This document shows, piece by piece, positions 17,400 through 25,853 of a stretch of 41,931 nucleotides of DNA. Each line of letters opens with the position of its first letter. The first letter of the stretch is position 1. Position numbers and translations under genes: made by a program. Under the pieces are notes generated by a model, which was not told the origin of the DNA, did not search any database, and saw only the letters and a list, made by a program, of their open reading frames with translations. Location: the NCBI GenBank assembly GCA_044866005.1, contig JBIOTN010000110.1:1-41931 (forward strand), given 5' to 3'. The DNA is from Candidatus Rokuibacteriota bacterium. Lineage in GTDB: Bacteria; Methylomirabilota; Methylomirabilia; Rokubacteriales; DASRDR01.

Positions 17400-17472
17400 T
17401 TCGGAGGGGGCCTCGACGGCCCCCTCTGAGACCTCCCCCAGATCGTTGCGCCGGCGAAGCCGGCGCTCGGAG
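17400..17472 (+). repeat. Two-hairpin REP-like repeat, copy 4 (prototype)
   Basis: TTCGGAGGGGGCC-TCGAC-GGCCCCCTCTGA-GACCTCCCCCA...GCGCCGGC-GAA-GCCGGCGC-TCGGAG, 4 nt after the stop. Confidence 0.88.
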
Positions 17473-17595
17473 TGGAACGCTGTGACGGTTGCGGGGGTGC
17501 GGATACGAGCAAGCGGCTTTCACTGACAGTCTCCCGGTCGCGCCCCGCGCCGGCCGGCGCTTGTCAGGGCGGACCCGCGTGCTCGAGATGCCGGG

Positions 17596-17775
17596 ACGCT
17601 CCCCTACGGGCTCTGCTCTCTCACCGCGTGCGCCGTCGGCGGGATCCCGGTGGCCCGGATCCTCGAGCTGCTCCACGTGATGATGGTCGCCATCATCGTC
17701 ATCATCGTGGTCTGCGCCCTGGTTCCGTGGACCGTCCTCGCGATCCCCCGACTGCTCCTCCCCCGCTGGGTCTGA
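17596..17775 (+). pseudogene. C-terminal remnant resembling a TRAP transporter large permease (DctM)
   Basis: Frame reads TLPYGLCSLTACAVGGIPVARILELLHVMMVAIIVIIVVCALVPWTVLAIPRLLLPRWV*, resembling the DctM C-terminus (TPPxG...PxxxLxLP). An in-frame stop lies at 17524 and there is no start codon before the motif. Confidence 0.55.
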
Positions 17776-17818
17776 GACGGTCGGCCTTCGACTGACAGCC
17801 GCTCGGGCTGTCCCTGGA

Positions 17819-17902
17819 CTGTACGCCCGCGTCCAGGAGAATCCGCTGGACCTGCTGAAGCAGGACGACGTCCTGAAGGCGCTCAAGGAGGTCGGGGGGT
17901 GA
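17819..17902 (+). pseudogene. C-terminal remnant of a peroxiredoxin paralog
   Basis: [27 protein letters not shown] aligns with RWVKIQENVLDLLKPEEVVQAVKESKA* of 6041..6589, and its stop overlaps the following TlpA start in the same way (GTGA). Confidence 0.75.
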
Positions 17903-18444
17903 GCTGGCGGGGCGCCCTCCGGGGCCTGGCCCTGACGCTCGTCGTCGCCGCGAGCGCCGGTGCCGGGCCCGAGGTCGCCGCGTTCGACATCCAGCGCTTC
18001 GATCCGCCGAAGCCGGCGCCCGACTTCGCGCTGCCGGACCTCGAGGGCCGGACCGTCCGACTGGCGGACCTGCGTGGCAAAGTGGTCCTGCTCAACTTCT
18101 GGGCCACCTGGTGCTCGCCGTGCCGTGACGAGGCGCCGTCCATCAACAGTCTGTTCGGTGAGCTCCACGCCCGCGGGCTCGAGGTCCTGCTCGTGAGCTT
18201 CCGGGAAAATCCGGCACTCGTGAAGCAGACCGCGCAGGCATGGGGCTACGCCGCGCCGGTGCTGATCGACGCGAGCGGCGACCTCACCGGGCGCGTGTAC
18301 GGGGTGTGGGGGCCTCCCACGACCTACGTCATCGACCGACAGGGGCGACTCGTCGGGCGGATCGTCGGCCCGCGCGACTGGGGCGCCCCGCCGGCGCGGG
18401 CGCTCGTCCAGGCACTGCTCGCCGGCGGCGACGCGGGGCGCTGA
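17899..18444 (+). CDS. Exported TlpA/ResA-family thiol-disulfide reductase (Cys form, WCSPC)
   Basis: [30 protein letters not shown] and [10 protein letters not shown] motifs; close paralog of 6586..7113. Confidence 0.93.
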   Translation: MSWRGALRGLALTLVVAASAGAGPEVAAFDIQRFDPPKPAPDFALPDLEGRTVRLADLRGKVVLLNFWATWCSPCRDEAPSINSLFGELHARGLEVLLVSFRENPALVKQTAQAWGYAAPVLIDASGDLTGRVYGVWGPPTTYVIDRQGRLVGRIVGPRDWGAPPARALVQALLAGGDAGR

Positions 18445-18519
18445 GCCGGCCGGCCGGCTCTCCCGATCGCCAGGCGCGTTGCCCACCCCGGCGATCGAGC
18501 TCGGCCCGCCCGGCCCTCC

Positions 18520-18549
18520 TTGACCGGCTTCGGAACGGGTCCCTATACT
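18520..18549 (+). promoter_or_regulatory. sigma70-type promoter of the CoA-transferase/ABC operon
   Basis: TTGACC-N18-TATACT, ending 10 nt before ATG 18560. Confidence 0.6.
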
Positions 18550-18559
18550 CGGAGCCACC

Positions 18560-19768
18560 ATGCCGCCCCCTCTCGAAGGCCGCCTCGTCGTCGATCTGAC
18601 CGAGAACCTGGCGGGCCCGTTCTGCACGATGATCCTCGCCGACATGGGCGCGGAGGTCGTCAAGGTGGAACGGCCGCACGGCGGGGATGAGAGCCGGCGG
18701 TTCCCGCCGTTCGTGCACGGCGAAGGCGCGGGGTACCTCACGCTCCACCGGGGCAAGAAGAGCATCGTCCTGGACCTCAAGGATCCGCGAGGCCGGGACG
18801 CTTTTCGTCGCCTCGTCGGGCGCGCCGACGTTCTCGTCGAGGCCTACCGGCCCGGCACGCTCGATCGCCTGGGCCTCGGGCCTGCCGCGCTCCGCCGCGA
18901 GCATCCTCGCCTCATCGTCTGCTCGCTGTCCGGCTTCGGTCAGACGGGTCCCTACCGGGAGCGCGGCGGCTACGACCTCATCGCCCAGGCGATGGGCGGG
19001 CTCATGAGCGTGACCGGCGAGCCGGGCGGGCCGCCGCTCAAGTGCGGCTACCCGGTGACGGACATGGGGTGCGGGATGTGGGCCGCGATCGGGATCCTCC
19101 TGGCGCTCCTCGCGCGGGAGCGGACGGGCGAGGGCCAGGGCGTGGACACCTCGCTCTTCGAGGCGCCGGTCGCCTGGTCCGTGTGGCACGCCGCGCGGTA
19201 TTTCGCGACCGGGGAGGTCGTGGGCCCCCTCGGCTCCGCCCACCCGTCCAGCGCGCCCTATCAGGCCTTCCAGGGCGCCGACGGCCAGTGGTTCGTCCTG
19301 AGCGCGGCGCCCCAACATCTGTGGGACCGCCTGTGCGAGCTCATCGAGCGGCCGGACCTCGCCGCCGACCCCCGGTTTGGCTCGAATGCCGACCGCGTCA
19401 CGCACCGCGAGGCCATCGCGGCGGAGCTCGAGCCCGTCTTCCGCCGGCGGGCGGCGGCCGACTGGCTCGCCGTCCTGGAGACGGCGGGGATCCCGGCGGG
19501 CCCGGTCAACCGGCTCGACCAGCTCTTCGCCGATCCCCACCTCAGAAGCCGCGAGATGGTCGTCGAGCTCGCGCATCCGACCGTCGGGCGGCACCGCGTG
19601 CTGGGCATTCCGGTGAAGCTGTCCGCCACGCCGGGCGCCATCCGGGGGCCGGCGCCGCGCCTGGGTGAACACACCGAGGAGGTGCTGCGGGGCCTCGGCT
19701 ACTCTGCCGACGACGCCCGCGCGCTTCACGAAGCGGGGCGGACCGCCCCGCAGGAGATCCCGCGATGA
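18560..19768 (+). CDS. CaiB/BaiF (class III) CoA-transferase
   Basis: LAGPFCTMILADMGAEVVKVE, GKKSIVLDLK and GYDLIAQAMGGLMSVTG motifs. Confidence 0.95.
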   Translation: MPPPLEGRLVVDLTENLAGPFCTMILADMGAEVVKVERPHGGDESRRFPPFVHGEGAGYLTLHRGKKSIVLDLKDPRGRDAFRRLVGRADVLVEAYRPGTLDRLGLGPAALRREHPRLIVCSLSGFGQTGPYRERGGYDLIAQAMGGLMSVTGEPGGPPLKCGYPVTDMGCGMWAAIGILLALLARERTGEGQGVDTSLFEAPVAWSVWHAARYFATGEVVGPLGSAHPSSAPYQAFQGADGQWFVLSAAPQHLWDRLCELIERPDLAADPRFGSNADRVTHREAIAAELEPVFRRRAAADWLAVLETAGIPAGPVNRLDQLFADPHLRSREMVVELAHPTVGRHRVLGIPVKLSATPGAIRGPAPRLGEHTEEVLRGLGYSADDARALHEAGRTAPQEIPR

Positions 19769-20805
19769 CCACGCGCACCGCCCGCTCCGTGCTCGGCACG
19801 CTCCTCGCCCTCGCCGTCGGGCTCGCGCTCGGCCTGGGGAGCGGCCCCGCCGCCCGGGCCCAGGGCGAGGGCGTGCGCGCGCCCCTCGCCGTGCCGGTCA
19901 AGGCCAGGCAGGGCATGCTGAACGTCCCGGCCCTGTCGCCCCTCTACCTCCTGCCCGACGAGGCGAAGAAGTACAACATCCAGATCGAGCCGATCATGTT
20001 CCAGCGCTTCGCCGACCTGCGCACCGCGCTCGCCTCGGGCGACCTCGACATCGGCGCCTTCGGGCCGCAGGACATCTCCCTCGCCGCGAGCCAGGGCGTC
20101 AAGAGCCTGGTCGGCGTCGCCGGCGTGGGCTCCGGGAACGACTGCCTGATGGTGCGCAAGGGCGAGGACGTCAAGGCCTGGTCCGAGCTCCTGGGCAAAT
20201 CGATCGGGGTCGGCGCCGGCTCGATCTCGTGGCTGAAGTTCACCGCGTCCGTGACCGAGCAGGGAGTCGACTACCGGAAGCTCAAGATCGTCAACATCAT
20301 GGGGGGCGGCGCGAACTACCTCAAGGCGCTCCAGGCCAAGGAGATCGACCTCGCCGTCGTGTGGCAGCCGTTCTGCGCCCAGGCCATCACGGACGGTTGG
20401 GGCGGCTACCCGACGATCAACCACAACCAGTCCAGGACGGTCGGCGGGCAGCTCGGCGTCTTCGCCGTGAACCGCGCGTTCCTCGACAAGCATGCCGACG
20501 CCGTCCAGCGGATCGTGGTCGCCTACCTCGACACGCTCAAGTTCGCGCAGGCGAACATGGGCAAGTGGGCCGAGGTGTACGCCCAGAAAGCCGGCCTGCC
20601 GGTACCGGTCGCGCAGGAGTCGATCCGGATCACGAAGCTCGACTCCACGCTCCCGCTCGAGACCATCAAGCGGATGACGAAGTTCCTCGCCGAGACCGGC
20701 ATCGTGCAGAAGGACATCTCGGGCGAGGTGGCGCAGTACTACACCTACGACTTCCTGGCGAAGGCGACCGGGAAGAGCCCGGCCGAGCTCGGGCTCAACC
20801 AGTAG
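19765..20805 (+). CDS. ABC transporter substrate-binding protein (NitT/TauT/SsuA-like)
   Basis: Signal peptide, ALASGDLDIG and IDLAVVWQPF motifs; first gene of an SBP-permease-ATPase trio. Confidence 0.88.
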   Translation: MTTRTARSVLGTLLALAVGLALGLGSGPAARAQGEGVRAPLAVPVKARQGMLNVPALSPLYLLPDEAKKYNIQIEPIMFQRFADLRTALASGDLDIGAFGPQDISLAASQGVKSLVGVAGVGSGNDCLMVRKGEDVKAWSELLGKSIGVGAGSISWLKFTASVTEQGVDYRKLKIVNIMGGGANYLKALQAKEIDLAVVWQPFCAQAITDGWGGYPTINHNQSRTVGGQLGVFAVNRAFLDKHADAVQRIVVAYLDTLKFAQANMGKWAEVYAQKAGLPVPVAQESIRITKLDSTLPLETIKRMTKFLAETGIVQKDISGEVAQYYTYDFLAKATGKSPAELGLNQ

Positions 20806-20900
20806 CGGCGGCGCGGCTCCGGCGGCGGTGCGTGGACGCGCCAATCGGGGCCGCGCGGCCGAACGGCGAGGCGCCGGCGGGCCGGGTCCCGGGCGACGGC

Positions 20901-21698
20901 ATGCCGACGGGCCGCCGGGCGGCGCTCGCCGTCCTGCTCCCCCTCGCCTTCATCGGCCTCTGGGCCGCGGCGGTCCGGTACCGGTGGGTGGCGGAAGGCA
21001 TCGTGCCCGCGCCCCAGCTGGTGGTCCGCTCCTGGTACGTCTGGATCTTCGGCACGGGCGGCTTCACGCTCTCCCCCTACGCCGGCACCTGGCTGGACAC
21101 CGTGCTCTTCTCCGCGCGGCGCGTGCTCCAGGGGTTCGGGCTCGCCGCGCTGGTCGGGATCCCGCTCGGGATCCTGATCGGCTGGAACCGGCTCGTCCAG
21201 AACGTCGTGGACCCGTCCATCCAGATGCTCCGCCCGATCCCGATCACGGCGTGGCTGCCGTTCTCGATCGCCGTGTTCGGCATCTACGACACCTCCGCGC
21301 TCTTCCTCATCGGCCTCGGAGCGTTCTATCCCATCGTGGTGAACACGACCCACGGCGTGCGCGACACGAGCCGGCTCCTCATCCGCGCGGCTCGCATGCT
21401 CGGCGCCGGCGAGGCGACCGTCCTCTTCAAGGTCGTCTTCCCGTCCGCGCTCCCCGCGATCTTCACGGGCCTCCGGCTCGGGGTCGGGATCGCCTGGACG
21501 GCGGTCATCGTGGCCGAGATCGTGGCCGTGAAGTCGGGCCTCGGCTACGTGCTCTGGGACGCCTACTACGTGAGCCGCATGGACATCTGCGTCGCCGCGA
21601 TGATCAGCGTCGGGATCCTCGGGTTCCTCTCCGATCGGGTCATCTACGGCCTCTCCCGCCGCCTCCTCCGCTGGCGGGCGCTCGAAGCGCACACCTGA
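20901..21698 (+). CDS. ABC transporter permease (NitT/TauT family)
   Basis: LRPIPITAWLP, EAA-like IRAARMLGA loop and PSALPAIFTGLRLG. Start ATG 20901 or GTG 20832. Confidence 0.92.
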   Translation: MPTGRRAALAVLLPLAFIGLWAAAVRYRWVAEGIVPAPQLVVRSWYVWIFGTGGFTLSPYAGTWLDTVLFSARRVLQGFGLAALVGIPLGILIGWNRLVQNVVDPSIQMLRPIPITAWLPFSIAVFGIYDTSALFLIGLGAFYPIVVNTTHGVRDTSRLLIRAARMLGAGEATVLFKVVFPSALPAIFTGLRLGVGIAWTAVIVAEIVAVKSGLGYVLWDAYYVSRMDICVAAMISVGILGFLSDRVIYGLSRRLLRWRALEAHT

Positions 21699-21699
21699 G

Positions 21700-22482
21700 G
21701 TGGGGCGCGCGAAGGTCGTTCTCGAGGACGTCGCCAAGGAGTTCGCGACGGGCTCGCAGCGCGTGCTCGCCGTGGACGGGATCAGCCTGACGATCCACGA
21801 GCAGGAGTTCGCCTGTCTTCTCGGCCCCTCGGGCTGCGGCAAGTCCACGGTGCTGAACCTCGTGGCGGGGTTCGAGCGCCCGACGCGCGGGCGCGTGGCG
21901 GTGAACGGCAGCGCGGTCACGCGGCCCGGGCCCGACCGGGCGGTCGTCTTCCAGGAGCCGGCCCTGTTCCCGTGGCTCTCGGTGCTCGACAACATCACGT
22001 TCGGCCCGAAGACGCGACGGCAGCCGGCCGCCGTCTACGCGCCCCTCGCCCGCCAGTACGTCGAGCTGGTCGGGCTCACCGGGTTCGAGGGCCACTACCC
22101 GGCCGAGCTGTCGGGCGGGATGAAGCAGCGGGTCGGGATCGCGCGGGTGCTGGTCCTGCGACCCGAGGTGCTCCTCATGGACGAGCCCTTCGGCGCGCTC
22201 GATGCCCAGACGCGGACGCTCATGCAGGAGCTGCTGCTGGGGGTCTGGGAGCAGGCCCACCAGACGGTGCTCTTCATCACGCACGACGTCGAGGAGGCCT
22301 TGCTCCTCGCCGATACGGTGTACGTCATGACGGCGCGGCCCGGTCGGATCAAGCGACGCCTCGCCGTGGAGCTCCCGCGCCCGCGGACGATCGAGGAGAC
22401 GACCTCCGCGACGTTCAACGCGCTCAAGCGCGAGGTCCTCGCCCTCATCCGCGAGGAGAGCCTGAAGGCCGCCCGGGCCTGA
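21700..22482 (+). CDS. ABC transporter ATP-binding protein (NitT/TauT family)
   Basis: Walker A GPSGCGKST, LSGGMKQR signature, LLMDEPFGALD. Confidence 0.96.
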   Translation: MGRAKVVLEDVAKEFATGSQRVLAVDGISLTIHEQEFACLLGPSGCGKSTVLNLVAGFERPTRGRVAVNGSAVTRPGPDRAVVFQEPALFPWLSVLDNITFGPKTRRQPAAVYAPLARQYVELVGLTGFEGHYPAELSGGMKQRVGIARVLVLRPEVLLMDEPFGALDAQTRTLMQELLLGVWEQAHQTVLFITHDVEEALLLADTVYVMTARPGRIKRRLAVELPRPRTIEETTSATFNALKREVLALIREESLKAARA

Positions 22483-22542
22483 CGGGGCCGAGCCGGCAGG
22501 CTGGGCGGGCACGCGGTGGCCCGTCCGGGGCCGCCGGGAAGG

Positions 22543-23133
22543 TCAGAGCGCGAGCGGCGTGAGGCGCCGGCTCCGCGCCAGCCTGACGAAGATGACGACG
22601 TGGGTGGCGATGATGAGCGGGACGAGGAAGGTCGGCAGGAGGCTCAGCGGGAGGACGGTCAGGGCACGCATCGACCCCGGCTCGGCCATGGCCAGCCGGG
22701 TTGCCGTGACGACGACGAACAGGATGTCGAGGAGCCCGAGCAGGTTCCACGTCGCGTAGGCCACCCAGCCCGCGAACCCGCGTCGCGGCGCCCGCCAGAC
22801 GACCAGCAGCGCCAGGGCGGCGACCAGGATGTCGCCCCAGCCGCCCGGCACGGCGAAGGCCCAGGGCAGCGCCCCCTGCCCGTGCAGGACGAGGAAGTAG
22901 ATCCCCACGACACGCGTGACGTGGAGCAGGACGAGGGCCCGGATGTCGAGGCCGAGGGCCCAGCTCTGGAACGTCGGCACCCACTGGAACAGCGCCAGGA
23001 GCGCGAGGACCAGGGCGACCAGGACCATCTGGAGAAATGGCGGCTGGCGCGCCGCCAGGACGCCCGAGGCGCCGGCGAGGACGGCCGCCGCGAACCAGAC
23101 GAGCAGGACACCGAGCGCCCGGGCGGCGGTCAC
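22543..23133 (-). CDS. Hypothetical multi-pass membrane protein
   Basis: About six hydrophobic helices; LPWAFAVPGGWGD, WNLLGLLD and PLSLLPTFLVP segments look conserved; function unknown. Confidence 0.75.
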   Translation of the reverse strand: MTAARALGVLLVWFAAAVLAGASGVLAARQPPFLQMVLVALVLALLALFQWVPTFQSWALGLDIRALVLLHVTRVVGIYFLVLHGQGALPWAFAVPGGWGDILVAALALLVVWRAPRRGFAGWVAYATWNLLGLLDILFVVVTATRLAMAEPGSMRALTVLPLSLLPTFLVPLIIATHVVIFVRLARSRRLTPLAL

Positions 23134-23154
23134 GGGTCCTCGCGCTGGACTGCC

Positions 23155-24093
23155 CTAGGCGCTCGGCCCGAGGTGGCGGAACAGCTCTTCCGCCCGCTTC
23201 GCCACGAGCGCCGGACCGTCCTTGACCGACCAGTCGTAGAGACCGCGACGGCTGCCGAGACCGTGATGGCCCTGGCGAACCAGCTCGCCCATGGCGGCGG
23301 GCGGCTCGGTGCTCCGGTCCAGGCCGGGGAAGAGAAACGCACAGAACGCGTGGAACGTGTCGAGGCCGCCGAGATCGGCCGATTCGAGGGGTCCGGTCAC
23401 CGCCAGGCGGCGGCCGAAGCTCGTCTTGACGGCCAGGTCGATGGCCTCGGCCGACGCCACGCCGGCCGCCCACAGGGCGAGCGCTTCGCGGAGGAGGGCG
23501 AACTGGAGACGGTTGCCGATGAACCCGTCGATCTCGCGCTCGAGCACGACCGGCTGCTTGCCGACCGCACGCAGCACGCCGCAGAGCCAGGGCACCACGT
23601 CGGGGTCGGTCTCGGGACCCGCGCACACCTCGACCAGCGGGATCAGCTGCGGCGGGTTCCAGAAGTGCGCGGCCACCACGCGCTCGCGGCGGCCGACCCG
23701 CGTCGTCAGCCGGCTCGCCGGCTGACCGCTGGAGGAGGCCAGCACGGCGGGCGGCGGGCAGAGCCGGTCCAGCCGCTCGAAGACGTCGTGCTTGAGCGGC
23801 AGATCCTCGGTGACCGCCTCGACGACCAGGTCGGCGCCGGCCGCGGCGGCCAGATCCGTGGCTGTCGTGATGCGCCCGAGCGCCGCCGCCGCATCCCGCG
23901 CCGTCGTGAGCCCGTGGGCCTCGAACCGGCCGAGGCTCTCGCGGATCTTGCCGAGGGCGGCCTGGAGGCTCGCCTGACGGCGGCCCACGAGCCGGACGGG
24001 CGTCCCGGCCGCCGCGAAGATCTGGGCCACGCCGTGGCCGATGATCCCGTTACCGATGACGGCAACGGCCTCGATGCGGAGCGGGGTGGACAT
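23155..24093 (-). CDS. 3-hydroxyacyl-CoA dehydrogenase family protein
   Basis: GNGIIG Rossmann motif, VEAVTE, HFWNPPQLIPLVEV and GFIGNRLQ. Confidence 0.93.
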   Translation of the reverse strand: MSTPLRIEAVAVIGNGIIGHGVAQIFAAAGTPVRLVGRRQASLQAALGKIRESLGRFEAHGLTTARDAAAALGRITTATDLAAAAGADLVVEAVTEDLPLKHDVFERLDRLCPPPAVLASSSGQPASRLTTRVGRRERVVAAHFWNPPQLIPLVEVCAGPETDPDVVPWLCGVLRAVGKQPVVLEREIDGFIGNRLQFALLREALALWAAGVASAEAIDLAVKTSFGRRLAVTGPLESADLGGLDTFHAFCAFLFPGLDRSTEPPAAMGELVRQGHHGLGSRRGLYDWSVKDGPALVAKRAEELFRHLGPSA

Positions 24094-24115
24094 CTCACCC
24101 CCTGCGGTGCGTGCG

Positions 24116-24149
24116 GAGGGGGCGTCGGAGGGGGATGCCCCCCTCCGAC
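24116..24149 (-). repeat. REP-like repeat, copy 5 (first hairpin only)
   Basis: Minus strand GTCGGAGGGGG-GCAT-CCCCCTCCGAC, 6-7 nt after the CMD gene stop. Confidence 0.7.
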
Positions 24150-24155
24150 GGATCG

Positions 24156-24452
24156 CTACTTACCGTTCTCGCGCTCGAACCTGGTCTTCCACTCCTTGTT
24201 CAGGTCCTCGACCCCGTCGATGTGCTTGATCGTGCTCCACGTCGCGCGGGCCGCTCCCCGCATCGCGTAGTAGAGCGTCTCGCTGAGCTCGTCGTCCGTG
24301 GCGCCGGCTTGCTTCGCAGCCGCGAAGCGTCCCGGCACTCAGGACGTGCACCCGGCCGCCGCCATCGCGGCGAGCGCCACGAGCTGCATCGTCTTCGGAT
24401 CGAGCGCTCCCTCGCGGTAGAAGACGCCCGCGAACTCCTTCATCTGTCCCAT
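24156..24452 (-). CDS. AhpD-like/carboxymuconolactone decarboxylase family selenoprotein, CxxU (Sec at codon 38, TGA 24341-24339)
   Basis: ATG 24452 after AAGGAGGAG reads MGQMKEFAGVFYREGALDPKTMQLVALAAMAAAGCTS-TGA-VPGRFAAAKQAGATDDELSE... GALDPK and AKQAGATDDEL are CMD-family hallmarks flanking the CxxC site. Confidence 0.88.
24301..24338 (-). promoter_or_regulatory. Putative bacterial SECIS element (CMD/AhpD)
   Basis: Directly after UGA: lower stem GUGCCGG/CCGGCGC, 3x3 internal loop GAC/AAG, upper perfect stem GCUUCGC-GGCU-GCGAAGC starting 10 nt after UGA. Confidence 0.7.
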
Positions 24453-24772
24453 GCGGCTCCTCCTTCCGTGCGCGTGAAGATGCGGCCGTCAGCGGCCGTT
24501 GAGGATCCCGAGCGGCGAGGTCGGACCTGGGCCGACCCTATCAGATCGCGTCCCACGACGCAACGGGGGCCCACGCGCGAGGGCCTTGCGGCCCGGGATT
24601 CGCCGCCGGTACCATAGAGGGCGCTTCCCGGTTCTCTCACCCTCGCAGCGAGCAGGCGGACGGCGACCATGATGTGCCGCAGCCCCCCGCATTCCGCGCC
24701 GCCGGCGCACGCGCCGGCCTCGCCCGCACATGGACCGCGCAGGACACCCACGCCGTGTGAAGGAGGCCCAGA

Positions 24773-25837
24773 ATGAAGCCGTTCCGACTTCCGCGATGGC
24801 GGTTCACCAACTGCTGCGGCCACGAGTGGGGGCACGACCGCGGGCCCGCGAACGCGGGCCGGCGGGGATTCCTCAAGCTCGCCGCGGCCGGCGTGACGGG
24901 CCTGGCCGGCATGGCGGCGCTCCGCAGCCCCGTCGCCGCTCAGGTGCGTGTGTTCCCGCCGCCGCCGCCGGCGGTGAGCCCGGTCGAAGGGCTGATCGAC
25001 TTCCACGCCCACAGCGCGCCGGACGTGTTCGGCCGCGCCGTGGACGACGACGAGGCCGCCACGCTCTACAAGGCGCGCAGCCTCGAGGCCATCGTCCTCA
25101 AGAGCCACACCGCCCTGACCGCCGACCGCGCGTGGCTCCTGCGCAAGCACGTGCCCGGCATCAAGGCGTTCGGCGGCATCGCGCTGAACGGGCCGGCCGG
25201 CGGGATCAATCCCGAGGCCGTGCAGTGGATGTGGCGGATGCAAGGCGGCTTCGGGCGCGTCGTCTGGTTCCCCACCTTCGACGCCGACCGCCACGTCAAG
25301 CACTTCAAGGACGCGCCGGAGGGGATCAAGGTCGTGGGGCCCGATGGCAAGGTCCTCCCCGCGGTGCGCGAGGTGCTGAAGGTTTGCGCGCAGCAGAAGC
25401 TCGTCGTCTGCACGGGCCACGCCTCGCCGAGCGAATCCCTGGCGATCATCGAAGCGGCGCGCGACGCCGGCTGTGACCGCATCGTCGTCACGCACGCCGA
25501 GTTCGAGGTCGTCAACATGTCGGTCGAGGAGATGCGCCGGGCCGCGGCGATGGGGGCGAAGATGGAGCTCTGCGCGATGGGTCCGCTGATGGGACCGAAC
25601 GCGCACCTGGCCTGGATGCGGCACTGGCGTCAGGTGACCGTGAAGGAGTCGGCCGAGCACGTCAAGGCCGTGGGGGCCGAGCACTTCCTCCTGGGGACCG
25701 ATCTCGGCCAGACGGGCAACCCCTCGCAGCCGGACGGCTACGCCATGCTCGTGGCGGGCCTCGCGGCGGAGGGAATCACCCGAGACCAGATCAAGACGAT
25801 GGGCCGGGAGGTGCCGGGCAAGCTCTTGATGGGGTGA
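24773..25837 (+). CDS. Tat-exported amidohydrolase-superfamily (DUF6282-like) metal-dependent hydrolase
   Basis: RRGFLK twin-arginine signal; DFHAHSAPD, LKSH, TGH, VTH and GTDLGQ TIM-barrel metal-site motifs. Confidence 0.82.
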   Translation: MKPFRLPRWRFTNCCGHEWGHDRGPANAGRRGFLKLAAAGVTGLAGMAALRSPVAAQVRVFPPPPPAVSPVEGLIDFHAHSAPDVFGRAVDDDEAATLYKARSLEAIVLKSHTALTADRAWLLRKHVPGIKAFGGIALNGPAGGINPEAVQWMWRMQGGFGRVVWFPTFDADRHVKHFKDAPEGIKVVGPDGKVLPAVREVLKVCAQQKLVVCTGHASPSESLAIIEAARDAGCDRIVVTHAEFEVVNMSVEEMRRAAAMGAKMELCAMGPLMGPNAHLAWMRHWRQVTVKESAEHVKAVGAEHFLLGTDLGQTGNPSQPDGYAMLVAGLAAEGITRDQIKTMGREVPGKLLMG

Positions 25838-25853
25838 GCCGCCGGCGCGCGGC

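Noticed and set aside
7117..24149. REP-like repeat acting as a 3'-UTR (archaeal/eukaryote-style) SECIS
   Set aside because: It follows two Sec loci but also six non-Sec genes such as pal, galU and the enoyl-CoA hydratase, and in-frame SECIS candidates already exist.
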